Origin: an uncultured Actinomycetota bacterium
GTDB taxonomy: Bacteria; Actinomycetota; Actinomycetes; Jiangellales; Jiangellaceae
NCBI GenBank assembly: GCA_963792805.1
Contig: CAWBXN010000003.1
Span: 38,879-102,878 of the forward strand
Reading direction: 5' to 3'
Length of the DNA stretch: 64,000 nucleotides
Shown: one piece after another, positions 16,627 to 25,295 of the stretch
Numbering within the stretch: the stretch's first letter is position 1
How the letters are laid out: each line of letters begins with the position of its first letter
Translations under genes and position numbers: made by a program
Notes under the pieces: generated by a model
What the model saw: only the letters and a program-made list of their open reading frames with translations
Told to the model about the DNA's origin: nothing
Databases searched by the model: none

Positions 16627-17626
16627 GCTCGTCGACGGCGTCGTCGATCACGCCCGGCTCGGCCGGGTCTGCCGCCGGTTCGAGCGCCTCGGTCTGCGGG
16701 TCCAGGCGCGCCGGGTAGAAGAACCCCTCTTCCACCGCCAGCATCTCCGGTCGATCCCACGCTGCAGCCCGCCAGCAGTCGTCGATCCCCAGCACGGCGC
16801 GACGCTGGCCCGCTCGCTCCTCCACCAGTGCCAGGGCCTCTCTCTCACGGCCCCGCAGGTACTCCTCCAGGAGGGGGGCGCAGCGCCGGGACAGCTCGCT
16901 CAGCGGCGCCTCCGGGTGGTTGACGTGGATGGTCCCGGCAAGGCGCCGCAGGTTGTTCGACAGGCCGAGGAACGTCGACAACGTCGGGTCGGCAGCAGCC
17001 ACCACGAGTGGCGCGGGACGCAGCCGAGCGTAGGTCCCGAGCGACGTGTCGACCGTCCGCAGGAACGTCTCCGCGCTGCTGCCCCCGTCCGAGGCCAACG
17101 GGAAACCCGCGGTCCGCACCGGCGTCAGGTGGCCGAGGGCCGCATCGAAGAGCTTCGCCTCATCGGCGGCGAGGACGAGCAGCAGATGACGAGGGGTCCG
17201 GTGCAGGGCACGGACGAGGTCGCGGGTCGCGAAGGTCGGGTCCACCACGCACCGGGCCCGAACCAGGATCGGCAGATCCACCACGTCGCTGACATCACGG
17301 TTCACGAAGACCGCCAGCCCGTCGCGAACCGGGCGGTCGGCGAGCTCGGCGAGGGCCGCGTCGAGCCGGGCCAGCGTCTGCTCGAGATGCTCGGTCGGTT
17401 CCTGGCGCAGCCTGGTCGCGGCTTCGGCAGCGAGGGTCTCGAGCATCGCCCGGTCATCCTCGGTGAGCCGGTCCCCTGGTGTGGTGGGAAGCAGCAGGCT
17501 GACGCAGGGGTAGCCGCGGACGGACTGCAGCTGCATGACCGCTGCGGGGTCGAGCGGATGGACACGAAGCTGGGGCACGGGTTCCTCCTCGAGGACAAGT
17601 GGACGGGCCTCGAGGTCTCCTCCCAT
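16529..17626 (-). CDS. bacterial archaeo-eukaryotic release-factor-like (baeRF family) protein, tentative
   Basis: ORF 16529..17626. N-terminal pattern GYPCVSLLLPTTPGDRLTEDDRAMLETLAAEAATRL and the mid-region LAVFVNRD resemble baeRF3-type proteins as I recall them. An alternative GTG start at 17578 follows GAGGAGG. Confidence 0.45.
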   Translation of the reverse strand: MGGDLEARPLVLEEEPVPQLRVHPLDPAAVMQLQSVRGYPCVSLLLPTTPGDRLTEDDRAMLETLAAEAATRLRQEPTEHLEQTLARLDAALAELADRPVRDGLAVFVNRDVSDVVDLPILVRARCVVDPTFATRDLVRALHRTPRHLLLVLAADEAKLFDAALGHLTPVRTAGFPLASDGGSSAETFLRTVDTSLGTYARLRPAPLVVAAADPTLSTFLGLSNNLRRLAGTIHVNHPEAPLSELSRRCAPLLEEYLRGREREALALVEERAGQRRAVLGIDDCWRAAAWDRPEMLAVEEGFFYPARLDPQTEALEPAADPAEPGVIDDAVDELIEQVLSRGGWVALVSDGTIPNAARVAMTVYQ

Positions 17627-17805
17627 GCCATCCGGTGGCGGGCTCGGACCGAGTGCCGGGGCACTGTGCTGACGACCCGAGCGAGGGCCGCCACGGCGGC
17701 CCCGGAGTACTCCCCTCGTCCGAGGACGCTAGCGGAGCGGCCCGGCGCCGGCACCTTGGCGATGGCTCCGGTGGGCGCCCCCGACGGCCGGAGCACGATG
17801 GCATC

Positions 17806-18648
17806 GTGCTCATCCTGCTGCCGCCGTCGCAGGCCAAGGCTTCGCCCAGCCGCGGCCGTCCGCTGGACCTCGACCGGCTGCGCCTGCCCGCGCTGCACGA
17901 GCACCGCACCGCCGTCCTCGCCGCCCTCGTGCAGCTCTCACTGGGACCCGCGGCCGAGGCACGCCGCGTCCTAGGCCCTGGCCCGACGCAGCACGACGCC
18001 CTGCTTGGCAACGCCGGGCTGCCCTCGGCGCCGACCCGACCGGCTCGCGAGGTCGACCGCGGAGTGCTCGACGAGGCGTTGGGGCTGACTCGCCTCCCAG
18101 CTACCGCTGCTCGCCGGGCCTCCGCCTGGCTCCTGGTCTGCTCGGGCCTGTGGGGGGCGGTCCGTCCGGCTGACCGCATCCCGGCCCACCGGCTCCCCGG
18201 CTCGACGGTCCTGCCGGGCATCGGCCCGCTCGCGCGGTCCTGGCAGGGTCCACCGGCCCGGGCGTTCAGCACCTTGCCGCACTCCACGCGGTCGGGGCTG
18301 GTCCTCGACCTCCGCTCCAGCGCCTATGCCCCGATGCGGCGGCCGAGCCAGTCGATGGCTGAGCGCACGGTGACGGTGCGGGTCGTGCACGACCTGTCCT
18401 CCGGGGCAGGCAGCGCCGTGAGCCACCAGAACAAGGCGACCAAGGGCCGGCTGGCTCGGGGCCTCCTGCTCGATGGCGGAACCCCCCGGACAGGAGGCGA
18501 GCTGCGGGAACACCTGACCAGGTTGGGATGGACCGTCGCCGAGGGGCCACGACCCAACACCCTGGACGTGGCGCAGTGCCTGGCAGCGCAGTCAGGCAGG
18601 CTCGGTCCCTTCACGCGTTCCGTCGGAGGGTTCCGCCATCATTCGAAC
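17806..18648 (+). CDS. yaaA: YaaA (DUF328/UPF0246) peroxide-stress protein homologous segment, with no stop codon of its own
   Basis: GTG at 17806 gives VLILLPPSQAKASPSRG (YaaA opening LLPPSEGK). Similarity runs to about 18570 (NTLDV). The frame then continues without a stop into the HNH gene (single ORF 17599..20064). Confidence 0.7.
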
Positions 18649-20064
18649 ATGAGTTCGATCAGCCGTCCGGACGCCGTCCTCCACGGCGACCCGGGGGTCA
18701 GGTGCCCGGCGTCGGACATCGTCGACGGGCTCATTGGGGAGCTGCACACCACGCTGGGCCGCTTGTTGGCTGCACCGGCGGCCGCGACGGAATCGCGAGG
18801 CGATGTCGTGGCGAGACTGCTCCGAGCGCAGGCTCGCCTCGAGGCGGTGACGTTGACGGCGCTGGCGGCATTCGATGCGGTCGACGGTGCGACGGCGTCC
18901 GGGGACGGGTCGACCGCGGTCTGGCTGTCGCGTGCCACGACCACGTCCCCGGCGCAGGCCGCCGGCATGGTCCGCTCAGCCCGGGTACTCCACGAGCATC
19001 TGCCCGCTACCCGAGCCGCCCTCGCTGCTGGCGACATCTCGGGTCGGCATGCCAACGCCGTCGTCGCCGTCGTGGGGCGGGTCGGCGCACGTCACGCTCA
19101 AGCAGCCGAGCCTCTGCTCCTGGATCTGGCGCGGCGGGCGGAGCCCGGCGCGGTGCGGGCAGCCGGCCGCTACCTGCATGAGGTCTTGGATCCTGCCGGA
19201 GCGGAGCGGGCCTGCTCGCGTGAGTACGAGCGCCGCGGGGTCTCCTTCTCCATCTCTGGCTCCGGCTCTGGAGGCCGCGGGTACCTGGAGGGCGTGCTGG
19301 ACCCGGAGTCGGCTGAGCAGCTGCAGGCAGCATTGATGCCGCTCATGGCTCCGACGCCCGGTGACACCCGCACGGCCACGCAGCGTCGGGCCGATGCCCT
19401 GGTCGACCTGGCCAGGCGTGCCCTGGATGTGGGAGACCTGCCAGCCGTGACGGGAACCGGACAACGTCCGCACGTCTCGGTGGTCGTCGAGGCCTCGACC
19501 TTGGCCGGCGGGGGCGGGGTTGGTGTGCTGCCGTGGACGTCGGCTGCGATCGGATGGGGGTCGCTGCGAAGGCTGTCCTGCGACGCGCGGCTGACCCCGG
19601 TCCTCACCCGGCTCCACGGCTCCGGGACCGGCGGCGCGGGCGCGTGGCTGCCGATCGCCGTGGGTCGTTCCAGTCGAACGGTGACGCCGTCGCAGGCAGC
19701 GGCCCTCCGCGTGCGTGACGGTGGCTGCGTGATCCCCGGATGCAGCCGGACCTATGCCTTCACCCACGCCCACCACGTGCAGCACTGGGCGGACGGTGGG
19801 CCGACAGACCTGAACAACCTCGTGCTGCTGTGTGGCCACCATCACCGAGCCCTGCATCAGGGCCACTGGGTGGTGAGGCCGGTCGCCGACGGCGAGGGCT
19901 TCGAGGTCACCGATCGCCACGGACGCACGCAGCCGGCCCAGCACGCCGGTAATCGCGCTCCTCCGGCCGGGTTGGCGGCATCGCCGGATCCTGCGAGACC
20001 AGATCGCGGTCCGGGGAGCCCCGATCCTGGTGGGGCCCCCGCGACTGGCTTCCGCACGAGCTGA
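18649..20064 (+). CDS. DUF222-domain HNH endonuclease (REP13E12-type element protein)
   Basis: ATG at 18649 in the same frame as yaaA. DUF222-like N-terminal region. HNH motif CSRTYAFTHAHHVQHWADGGPTDLNNLVLLCGHHHRALH. Confidence 0.85.
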   Translation: MSSISRPDAVLHGDPGVRCPASDIVDGLIGELHTTLGRLLAAPAAATESRGDVVARLLRAQARLEAVTLTALAAFDAVDGATASGDGSTAVWLSRATTTSPAQAAGMVRSARVLHEHLPATRAALAAGDISGRHANAVVAVVGRVGARHAQAAEPLLLDLARRAEPGAVRAAGRYLHEVLDPAGAERACSREYERRGVSFSISGSGSGGRGYLEGVLDPESAEQLQAALMPLMAPTPGDTRTATQRRADALVDLARRALDVGDLPAVTGTGQRPHVSVVVEASTLAGGGGVGVLPWTSAAIGWGSLRRLSCDARLTPVLTRLHGSGTGGAGAWLPIAVGRSSRTVTPSQAAALRVRDGGCVIPGCSRTYAFTHAHHVQHWADGGPTDLNNLVLLCGHHHRALHQGHWVVRPVADGEGFEVTDRHGRTQPAQHAGNRAPPAGLAASPDPARPDRGPGSPDPGGAPATGFRTS

Positions 20065-20302
20065 GCGCCACGGCGAGAGCCGTCGTCGGGCGGGCCGTCC
20101 AGTGGCGCTCGCGCGGTCCCGCGCAGTCCGTCCCGCCACACCCGCCGGACCCGCCGGACCGGCCGCACCCGAACGAACGGTTCGGTCTGCAGCCGGTGAG
20201 CGCCGGTACCGTGCCAGCGGTCCACCATCACTGGATACCCCTACTGCCTGGGAGACACGATTCGGCGGCTGCCCCCTCCCGTCAGGCCCGTCCGAGGTGC
20301 CC

Positions 20303-20992
20303 TCAGGAGTCGCGGTAGCGTCGCGCGGCGATGAGCGCCCGCTCCAGGTCGTCCACCCCAGCCGGACGAGCGCCGGCGGACCAGTTCTCCGGATCCGCGG
20401 CGTATGGGCTGCCGTAGGCAGCTGTGTCGCGCTGGAACCGCCAGCCTTCGGCGAGCGGACCCACGTCCAGGACGTCGTAGCCGATCGAGTCGAGCAGGGC
20501 CCCTACGGTTGCCTTGGCGGCGGCATGGTCACCGGCGATCGGCAGAGCGCTGCGGTCCTCAGCACCGGCAGCCCGGGGCAGCGCCGCCAGGTGCTGGAAG
20601 AAGATGTTGTTGAAGGCCTTCACCACGGAAGAGTCCGGGAGCCGTGCCTGCAGCAGCTCCGACGTGGTGGTGGACTCGTCCTCGAGCGCGTCGATGGTGC
20701 CGTCGCGGGCCGGGTAGTAGTTCATGGTGTCGATGATCACCGCGCCAGTCAGTTCCTCGAACGGCAGGTCGGCCACACGACCCAGCGGGATGGTCACCAC
20801 GACGACGTCCCCGGCCGACGCCGCCTTGGCCGGTGTTGCCGCGCGGGCACGGGCGCCGAGCTCGGCGACCAAACCGACGAGCGTGTCGGGACCGCGGCTG
20901 TTGCTCAGGACCACCTCGTGCCCGGCGGTCACCGCCAGCCGTGCGACCGTTGCCCCGATGTTGCCGCTGCCGATGAGCCCCACCGTCGTCAT
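20303..20992 (-). CDS. NADP oxidoreductase, F420-dependent reductase-like (NpdG/F420_oxidored fold)
   Basis: ATG at 20992 within ORF 20303..21241. Rossmann motif MTTVGLIGSGNIGATVARLAV, then VVVVTIP and KAFNN. Confidence 0.75.
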   Translation of the reverse strand: MTTVGLIGSGNIGATVARLAVTAGHEVVLSNSRGPDTLVGLVAELGARARAATPAKAASAGDVVVVTIPLGRVADLPFEELTGAVIIDTMNYYPARDGTIDALEDESTTTSELLQARLPDSSVVKAFNNIFFQHLAALPRAAGAEDRSALPIAGDHAAAKATVGALLDSIGYDVLDVGPLAEGWRFQRDTAAYGSPYAADPENWSAGARPAGVDDLERALIAARRYRDS

Positions 20993-21512
20993 GACAGCGG
21001 CAACCCCTGGCCCCTGCCGGGCATTCCGTGCCGGGCTGGCGGATACGCGTTGGCCTGCAAGCATGGGCCACCAGGCACTCTCACTGCACCCGACGCCCTC
21101 GCAAGACCAGCGACGAGGTCGAGCGGGGGGTCCTCGTGCCAGCGGGCGGCCAGCAGCCAGTCCTGCCACGTGCCCGCGAAGACTGCGCACCTGATCACCG
21201 ACTGCACCCTCTCGAGCACCCCAGCATGGCCACGACGCCACGTGTGCTTACCCACGCCTGGGGCCGATCGTCCTCGAGGAAGGAGCCCGCGATCGAACCC
21301 GCCAACGCGTCCTGAACGTCTATCGCCGGCCCAGGCGCGGACGAAGGGGGCACATTGGCGAGCGGCAACCTGGTACCAGCTCAGCCCGGTGGATGTCCCG
21401 CAAGTGGCTGCCGGCCACGTCGGTGCATGGTGCCGGGTGGCGCGCTGTTGGACCATCATGAGTCCGTGCGGACCCGTGTGCTGGGCCCCATGGTTGCCGC
21501 GGCCTCCAACGT

Positions 21513-21650
21513 CTACTCGGGGCGGCCCCAGGGGTTGACGATGCTGACACCGAGGCGTTCGAAGTGTCTGATGTTGCGGGTGGCGATGGTCATTCCGGTG
21601 CTCTGGGCGATGGCTGCGATGAGCGCGTCATCCAGTGGCGCCTGCCACCA
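21513..21650 (-). pseudogene. 3' remnant of a PIN-domain (VapC-like) toxin gene
   Basis: Minus-strand translation ...PLDDALIAAIAQSTGMTIATRNIRHFERLGVSIVNPWGRPE* (stop at 21513-21515) matches the C-terminal third of VapC toxins. The frame closes about 50 codons upstream, with no start and no N-terminal PIN region. Confidence 0.5.
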
Positions 21651-21820
21651 CCTACAGCGTCCCCTTGCTCGGTGTCGGGGAGTTCGACGCCAGTGGGCAG
21701 ATCACCCGCTGGGTCAGGAGCTCTGACAGGTGGTCGATGACCAAGGGCATGCCAACACCGGTGCCCTCGCCCCGATCATTGCCGGTGCAGGGGCCTGTTC
21801 CGGACGCCCCACTCGCGGCG

Positions 21821-22210
21821 CTAGGACGCGGTGGCTGAGTGAGCAACGATCCACGCAGCGATCTGTGGCACGTCGAGTTGGCCGGACGCCGCACTGAGCA
21901 TCAGGTCCTCGGCCTCGTCGACGGTGTAGGTCAGGTCCCGTCCGTTGAGCAGGCAGAAGACGCGTGCTGCCGACCATGCCAGTCGCTTGTTCCCATCCAC
22001 GAGCGCGCGATTGCGGACCGATGAGTGCAGCAGGGCCGCGGCCTTGTCCTCGAAGGTCGGGTAGGCGTCGTCACCGAAGACGGTGATCTGGGGGCGGGCC
22101 GTGGCTGCCTCCAGAAGGCCGGCGTCCCTGACCACCACGTGCTCGATCACTCCGGCGGCGATCTCGAGGAGGTCCTCGACCGAGAGGTAGTCGATCTCCG
22201 CAGCGTTCAC
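21821..22210 (-). CDS. death-on-curing (Doc/Fic-fold) family toxin
   Basis: ORF 21821..22210. Doc motif region HSSVRNRALVDGNKRLAW (GNKR core present, but the position of the conserved His is Arg). 129 aa. Overlaps the upstream antitoxin stop by 4 nt. Confidence 0.85.
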   Translation of the reverse strand: MNAAEIDYLSVEDLLEIAAGVIEHVVVRDAGLLEAATARPQITVFGDDAYPTFEDKAAALLHSSVRNRALVDGNKRLAWSAARVFCLLNGRDLTYTVDEAEDLMLSAASGQLDVPQIAAWIVAHSATAS

Positions 22211-22404
22211 TCGCTCAGGCGCTCAAGCAGCTCGCGATCCTCGGTGCGGACACGCTGGATGGCACCCAGCAGTCGCTGCGGGCGGTCCGAGACGTACTGG
22301 GCGATGGCGGTGCGGGCGACCTCCTGCATCGAGCGCCCTTCCTGCTCGGCCTTCGCGCGCAGGGCGTCGCTCTCGGCGTCGGTGAGTCGGAGATTCATCG
22401 CCAT
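22207..22404 (-). CDS. ribbon-helix-helix antitoxin (Phd/CopG-like) paired with Doc
   Basis: ATG at 22404 inside ORF 22207..22764: MAMNLRLTDAESDALRAKAEQEGRSMQEVARTAIAQYV. 65 aa. Translationally coupled to doc. Confidence 0.8.
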   Translation of the reverse strand: MAMNLRLTDAESDALRAKAEQEGRSMQEVARTAIAQYVSDRPQRLLGAIQRVRTEDRELLERLSE

Positions 22405-22531
22405 GGGACCAACGGTACTACCGCGGTACCGACCTGGCCGAGTCGCCAGGATGCCCATTGAGAGGTGCCCCACAGTGGGGGCCAGAAGGACGCTGGGAAC
22501 CGCGGGTCCGATCGCGGCTGAGTGGGGCAGG

Positions 22532-22795
22532 TTAGGCGGATCGTTCGTGGTCGAGTCGTTCCAGGATCCAGGCACGGACGAGCGTCGAGGCGGGCAGGTG
22601 CTTGGCGGCGGCAACCCTTTGCACCTCGGCCTCTTCGTCGGCGCTGAGTCGGACGGAGTACACCTTCTGGCGGTTCGGTCGGCGGCCGGTCGTGCCGGCC
22701 GGGTAGGCCGCGTCCTTGGTCTGTTCGGATTCGCGGCGGAGCTGCTCGGCACGTGCTGGGTCAATCGTCTTGGCCATCGTCGTCTCCTTGCTCAT
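22532..22795 (-). CDS. RHH antitoxin, BrnA-like
   Basis: ORF 22532..22795. RHH core KVYSVRLSADEEAEVQRVAAAKHLPASTLVRAWILERL. Lies downstream of the putative toxin and overlaps it. Confidence 0.6.
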   Translation of the reverse strand: MSKETTMAKTIDPARAEQLRRESEQTKDAAYPAGTTGRRPNRQKVYSVRLSADEEAEVQRVAAAKHLPASTLVRAWILERLDHERSA

Positions 22796-23084
22796 ACAGT
22801 CTGATGTCCGCTCCGGTCGCGGACCAGGCGTTGATGCCGTGCAAGTCGCCGTCGAGGTCGCGGTAGGCGATCACGACCAGCACCCGACCGGCGGATCGGG
22901 AGTGGCCGATGAACCGTGACGCTCCCATCCGAGACTTGGGGTCGGGTTCGAACGCGAGGAGGTCCATGTCGTCCATCACCTCCTGAGCCCATGTCGGTTC
23001 GATGCCGACGCCGTCGGGGTACCGGTCGCCGCGGGAGCGGATGTAGGCGATGGCGTCGTTGCTCCACTGCATCGATTCGCCCAC
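22761..23084 (-). CDS. BrnT-like (DUF497-like) toxin, tentative
   Basis: ORF 22761..23084. Layout W..DAIAYI...(acidic linker)...IGHSRSAGRVLVVIAYRD....INAWSATGADIRLY resembles BrnT. Toxin-first gene order, as in BrnTA modules. Confidence 0.45.
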   Translation of the reverse strand: MGESMQWSNDAIAYIRSRGDRYPDGVGIEPTWAQEVMDDMDLLAFEPDPKSRMGASRFIGHSRSAGRVLVVIAYRDLDGDLHGINAWSATGADIRLYEQGDDDGQDD

Positions 23085-23152
23085 ACTCGCAGCCTACTCC
23101 GCGTCGGACGATGTAGTACACGATCCTGGACATGCGTCCCGGCCGTTCTCGC

Positions 23153-24067
23153 TCACACGCCGGCGACGTAGGCGGTGAGGAAGTGGACGCCGTGCCGGTC
23201 CAGGTTCCCGCGGGCGCGGTCGTCGTGCTCGGTGGTACGGGGGTCGGCGTGTCGGGCCAGGATCTGCGCATCACGCTGGGGGACGCCCGCGTCCAAGGCG
23301 TTGGTGACCGCGGCATGGCGCAGCGAGTGAGGACTGATGTGCCGCGGGATACCCGCGGTCGTCGCGATCGGGGTGACCATGCGGTAGGCGTCACGGCGGG
23401 TGATCGGCTTCCCGGACACCGGTCGAAGCACCAGCGGCCCGGAGGTGCGCTGGCCCCGGCAGGCTTCCAGGACCCGCAGCACCGGCACGGTGAGGGGCAT
23501 GGTGGCCGGCTTGTTGCCCTTGCCGACCAGAAGGAGCACCCGGTGCCCGCGCAGGGTGTCGGCGTCGTGCTCGATGTGGACGGCGGCGGCCTCCGACGCG
23601 CGCAAGGCATTGATCCCGAGCAGGAAGGCCAGGGCGCCGTGGTGCACGCTCACCGTCTGGGCTACCTGCAGGAAGCGGATCAGCTCGAGTCGGTCCAGTC
23701 CCTGGGTGCGCGACTCGTCCCGCTGCACCCTCGGCAGCCGCGCCTACACAACCGGGTCGGCGGTGATCAGCCCGTCGACGTGGGCGAAGCGGAAGAACCC
23801 CCGCACCCCGTGCAACATCGTCACCACGGAGGAGTCCATCAGCCCCCGCTCTCCCAGGCCACGGATGTACAGCTCGACGTGGGCACGTTGGATCCCGACC
23901 AGCGGGTCCAGCCCATGGCGCTCGCACCAGGCGAACCACTCCCGCAGCTGGAAGGCGTACAAGGCGTGGGTCCGCCCGGAGTAGCGGGCCAAGAACGACT
24001 CCGCCGCCAACTGGGCGGTCGACATCCGCGACGGCTGGAACGGCAGCAAGGTCGTCGCACCGGACAT
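23153..24067 (-). pseudogene. tyrosine recombinase/phage integrase interrupted by one in-frame TAG
   Basis: ORFs 23744..24067 (SAM-like N-domain) and 23153..23728 (catalytic domain with ALRASE, HSLRHA, terminal Tyr in LTAYVAGV) are in the same frame. They are separated only by TAG at 23744-23746 (...ITADPVV*ARLPRVQRDESRTQGL). Confidence 0.8.
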
Positions 24068-24366
24068 GGGTCACCTCACGTGGCGACCTCACACAAGGCC
24101 CACACCGAGCCCGCCGCCGACACGGCCAGGCACCCGGACCCACCGACGCTAGCCCCGGTCCGCATCCCCGTGAACTGCGTCCGCAGGCGGCGGTAGGACT
24201 CACAGGAGAACGCCCGACTCGCCGCATTCCGTGCGAGTGTTGATCGGAAGCCCGTCGTCGGCGATGGTGCCCCTGATCCGGTAGTCACCGGCGAGTACTC
24301 GCTGTGCTGGGCGTTCCTGGGGTGAGGGCGACGCCGACGTCGTGGATATCGGAGAACCCGGGTCGC

Positions 24367-25188
24367 TCAGCTTTGAGTCTGCGCGAGTCCTGTCTGCGGA
24401 TCGGGGGCAAGGTCAGGCCGCTGCAGGTGCCACCCGCTGAGGGCGGCCGCCGCGGCCATCACTACCTGCACCGCCGGCCAGGCTGGTGACACACCGACGA
24501 GCACAACCACAGCCGGGACGAGCGCTGAGGCGACCGCAACGATCCACGACCGTCGACGCTCGACGCCTGCCACCGATGCCAGCACCAGCCCGGTCAGCAG
24601 ACCCGCGAACATCGTCGGGACTACCCAACCGAGCGCGTCATCGACGGGGCCCAGCAGGTCGACCCCGACGATGCCGGACACCAGCATCGACGCCGCCACC
24701 GACACCGGGATCCCCAGCAGAAGCACCAGGTCGAGCCGCCTTGTCGCAGGATTTGGTGGCTCCAGCGAGCCTGCGCCCCACACACCAAGCACCGTCGCCG
24801 CCGCGACGATCAGCACCTGCAGCCACACGGCGGTGACCATCACCGCCCCAGCCGCTGCTACACCGACCAGCAGCATCACCGGCCAGGCCCGCACTCCGGC
24901 TACTCGAGCGACTGCCAGGCCCGCAACGACGCCGACCGGCGCCACCCACATCCATCCGAGGACACTGTCGGGGTACGTCAGCACCGTTCCCGGCTCGGCG
25001 ACGAACGTCCAGCCTGCTGCGCCCTCCTCCCACCCCCCTTGTGCCACATAGGGCTCCCGCCATATCGCGTACGCCATTCCCGCCGTGTACGCGACTGCCG
25101 CCGCGACGACCGGACTGATCGCCACAGCGAACCAGCATCGCCGCCGTGAGGTCCGTGACACCTCACAGCCACGGGTCGCAGGCGTCAT
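24367..25188 (-). CDS. hypothetical polytopic membrane protein (island cargo)
   Basis: ORF 24367..25188. About 7 hydrophobic helices rich in Ala/Val/Gly. No family recognised. Confidence 0.45.
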   Translation of the reverse strand: MTPATRGCEVSRTSRRRCWFAVAISPVVAAAVAYTAGMAYAIWREPYVAQGGWEEGAAGWTFVAEPGTVLTYPDSVLGWMWVAPVGVVAGLAVARVAGVRAWPVMLLVGVAAAGAVMVTAVWLQVLIVAAATVLGVWGAGSLEPPNPATRRLDLVLLLGIPVSVAASMLVSGIVGVDLLGPVDDALGWVVPTMFAGLLTGLVLASVAGVERRRSWIVAVASALVPAVVVLVGVSPAWPAVQVVMAAAAALSGWHLQRPDLAPDPQTGLAQTQS

Positions 25189-25295
25189 CCCGCTACCCCC
25201 GATTCCTCCACATCCTCACCGGTACGCCGACGAGTCGAGGCGGACCAGGGGCGAACGACTCGCTAGTCGGGCGCAGCCAACCGGTCGAGTTCGTC

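Noticed and set aside
20989-21459. ORFs in the 21.0-21.5 kb gap upstream of the F420-type reductase gene (20989..21459 minus, 21028..21315 plus, 21355..21726 plus)
   Set aside because: They overlap one another, are Arg/Trp/Pro-rich, and lack recognisable domains. The only meaningful similarity in this stretch is the vapC 3' remnant, reported separately.
24068-24366. Search for a tRNA/tmRNA gene or att site next to the integrase, and a short coding-looking frame ending ...VLAGDYRIRGTIADDGLPINTRTECGESGVLL*
   Set aside because: I could not fold any cloverleaf-like sequence by eye. The small frame has no ATG/GTG/TTG start or SD and no recognisable family. This needs a tRNAscan/Aragorn run to be certain.
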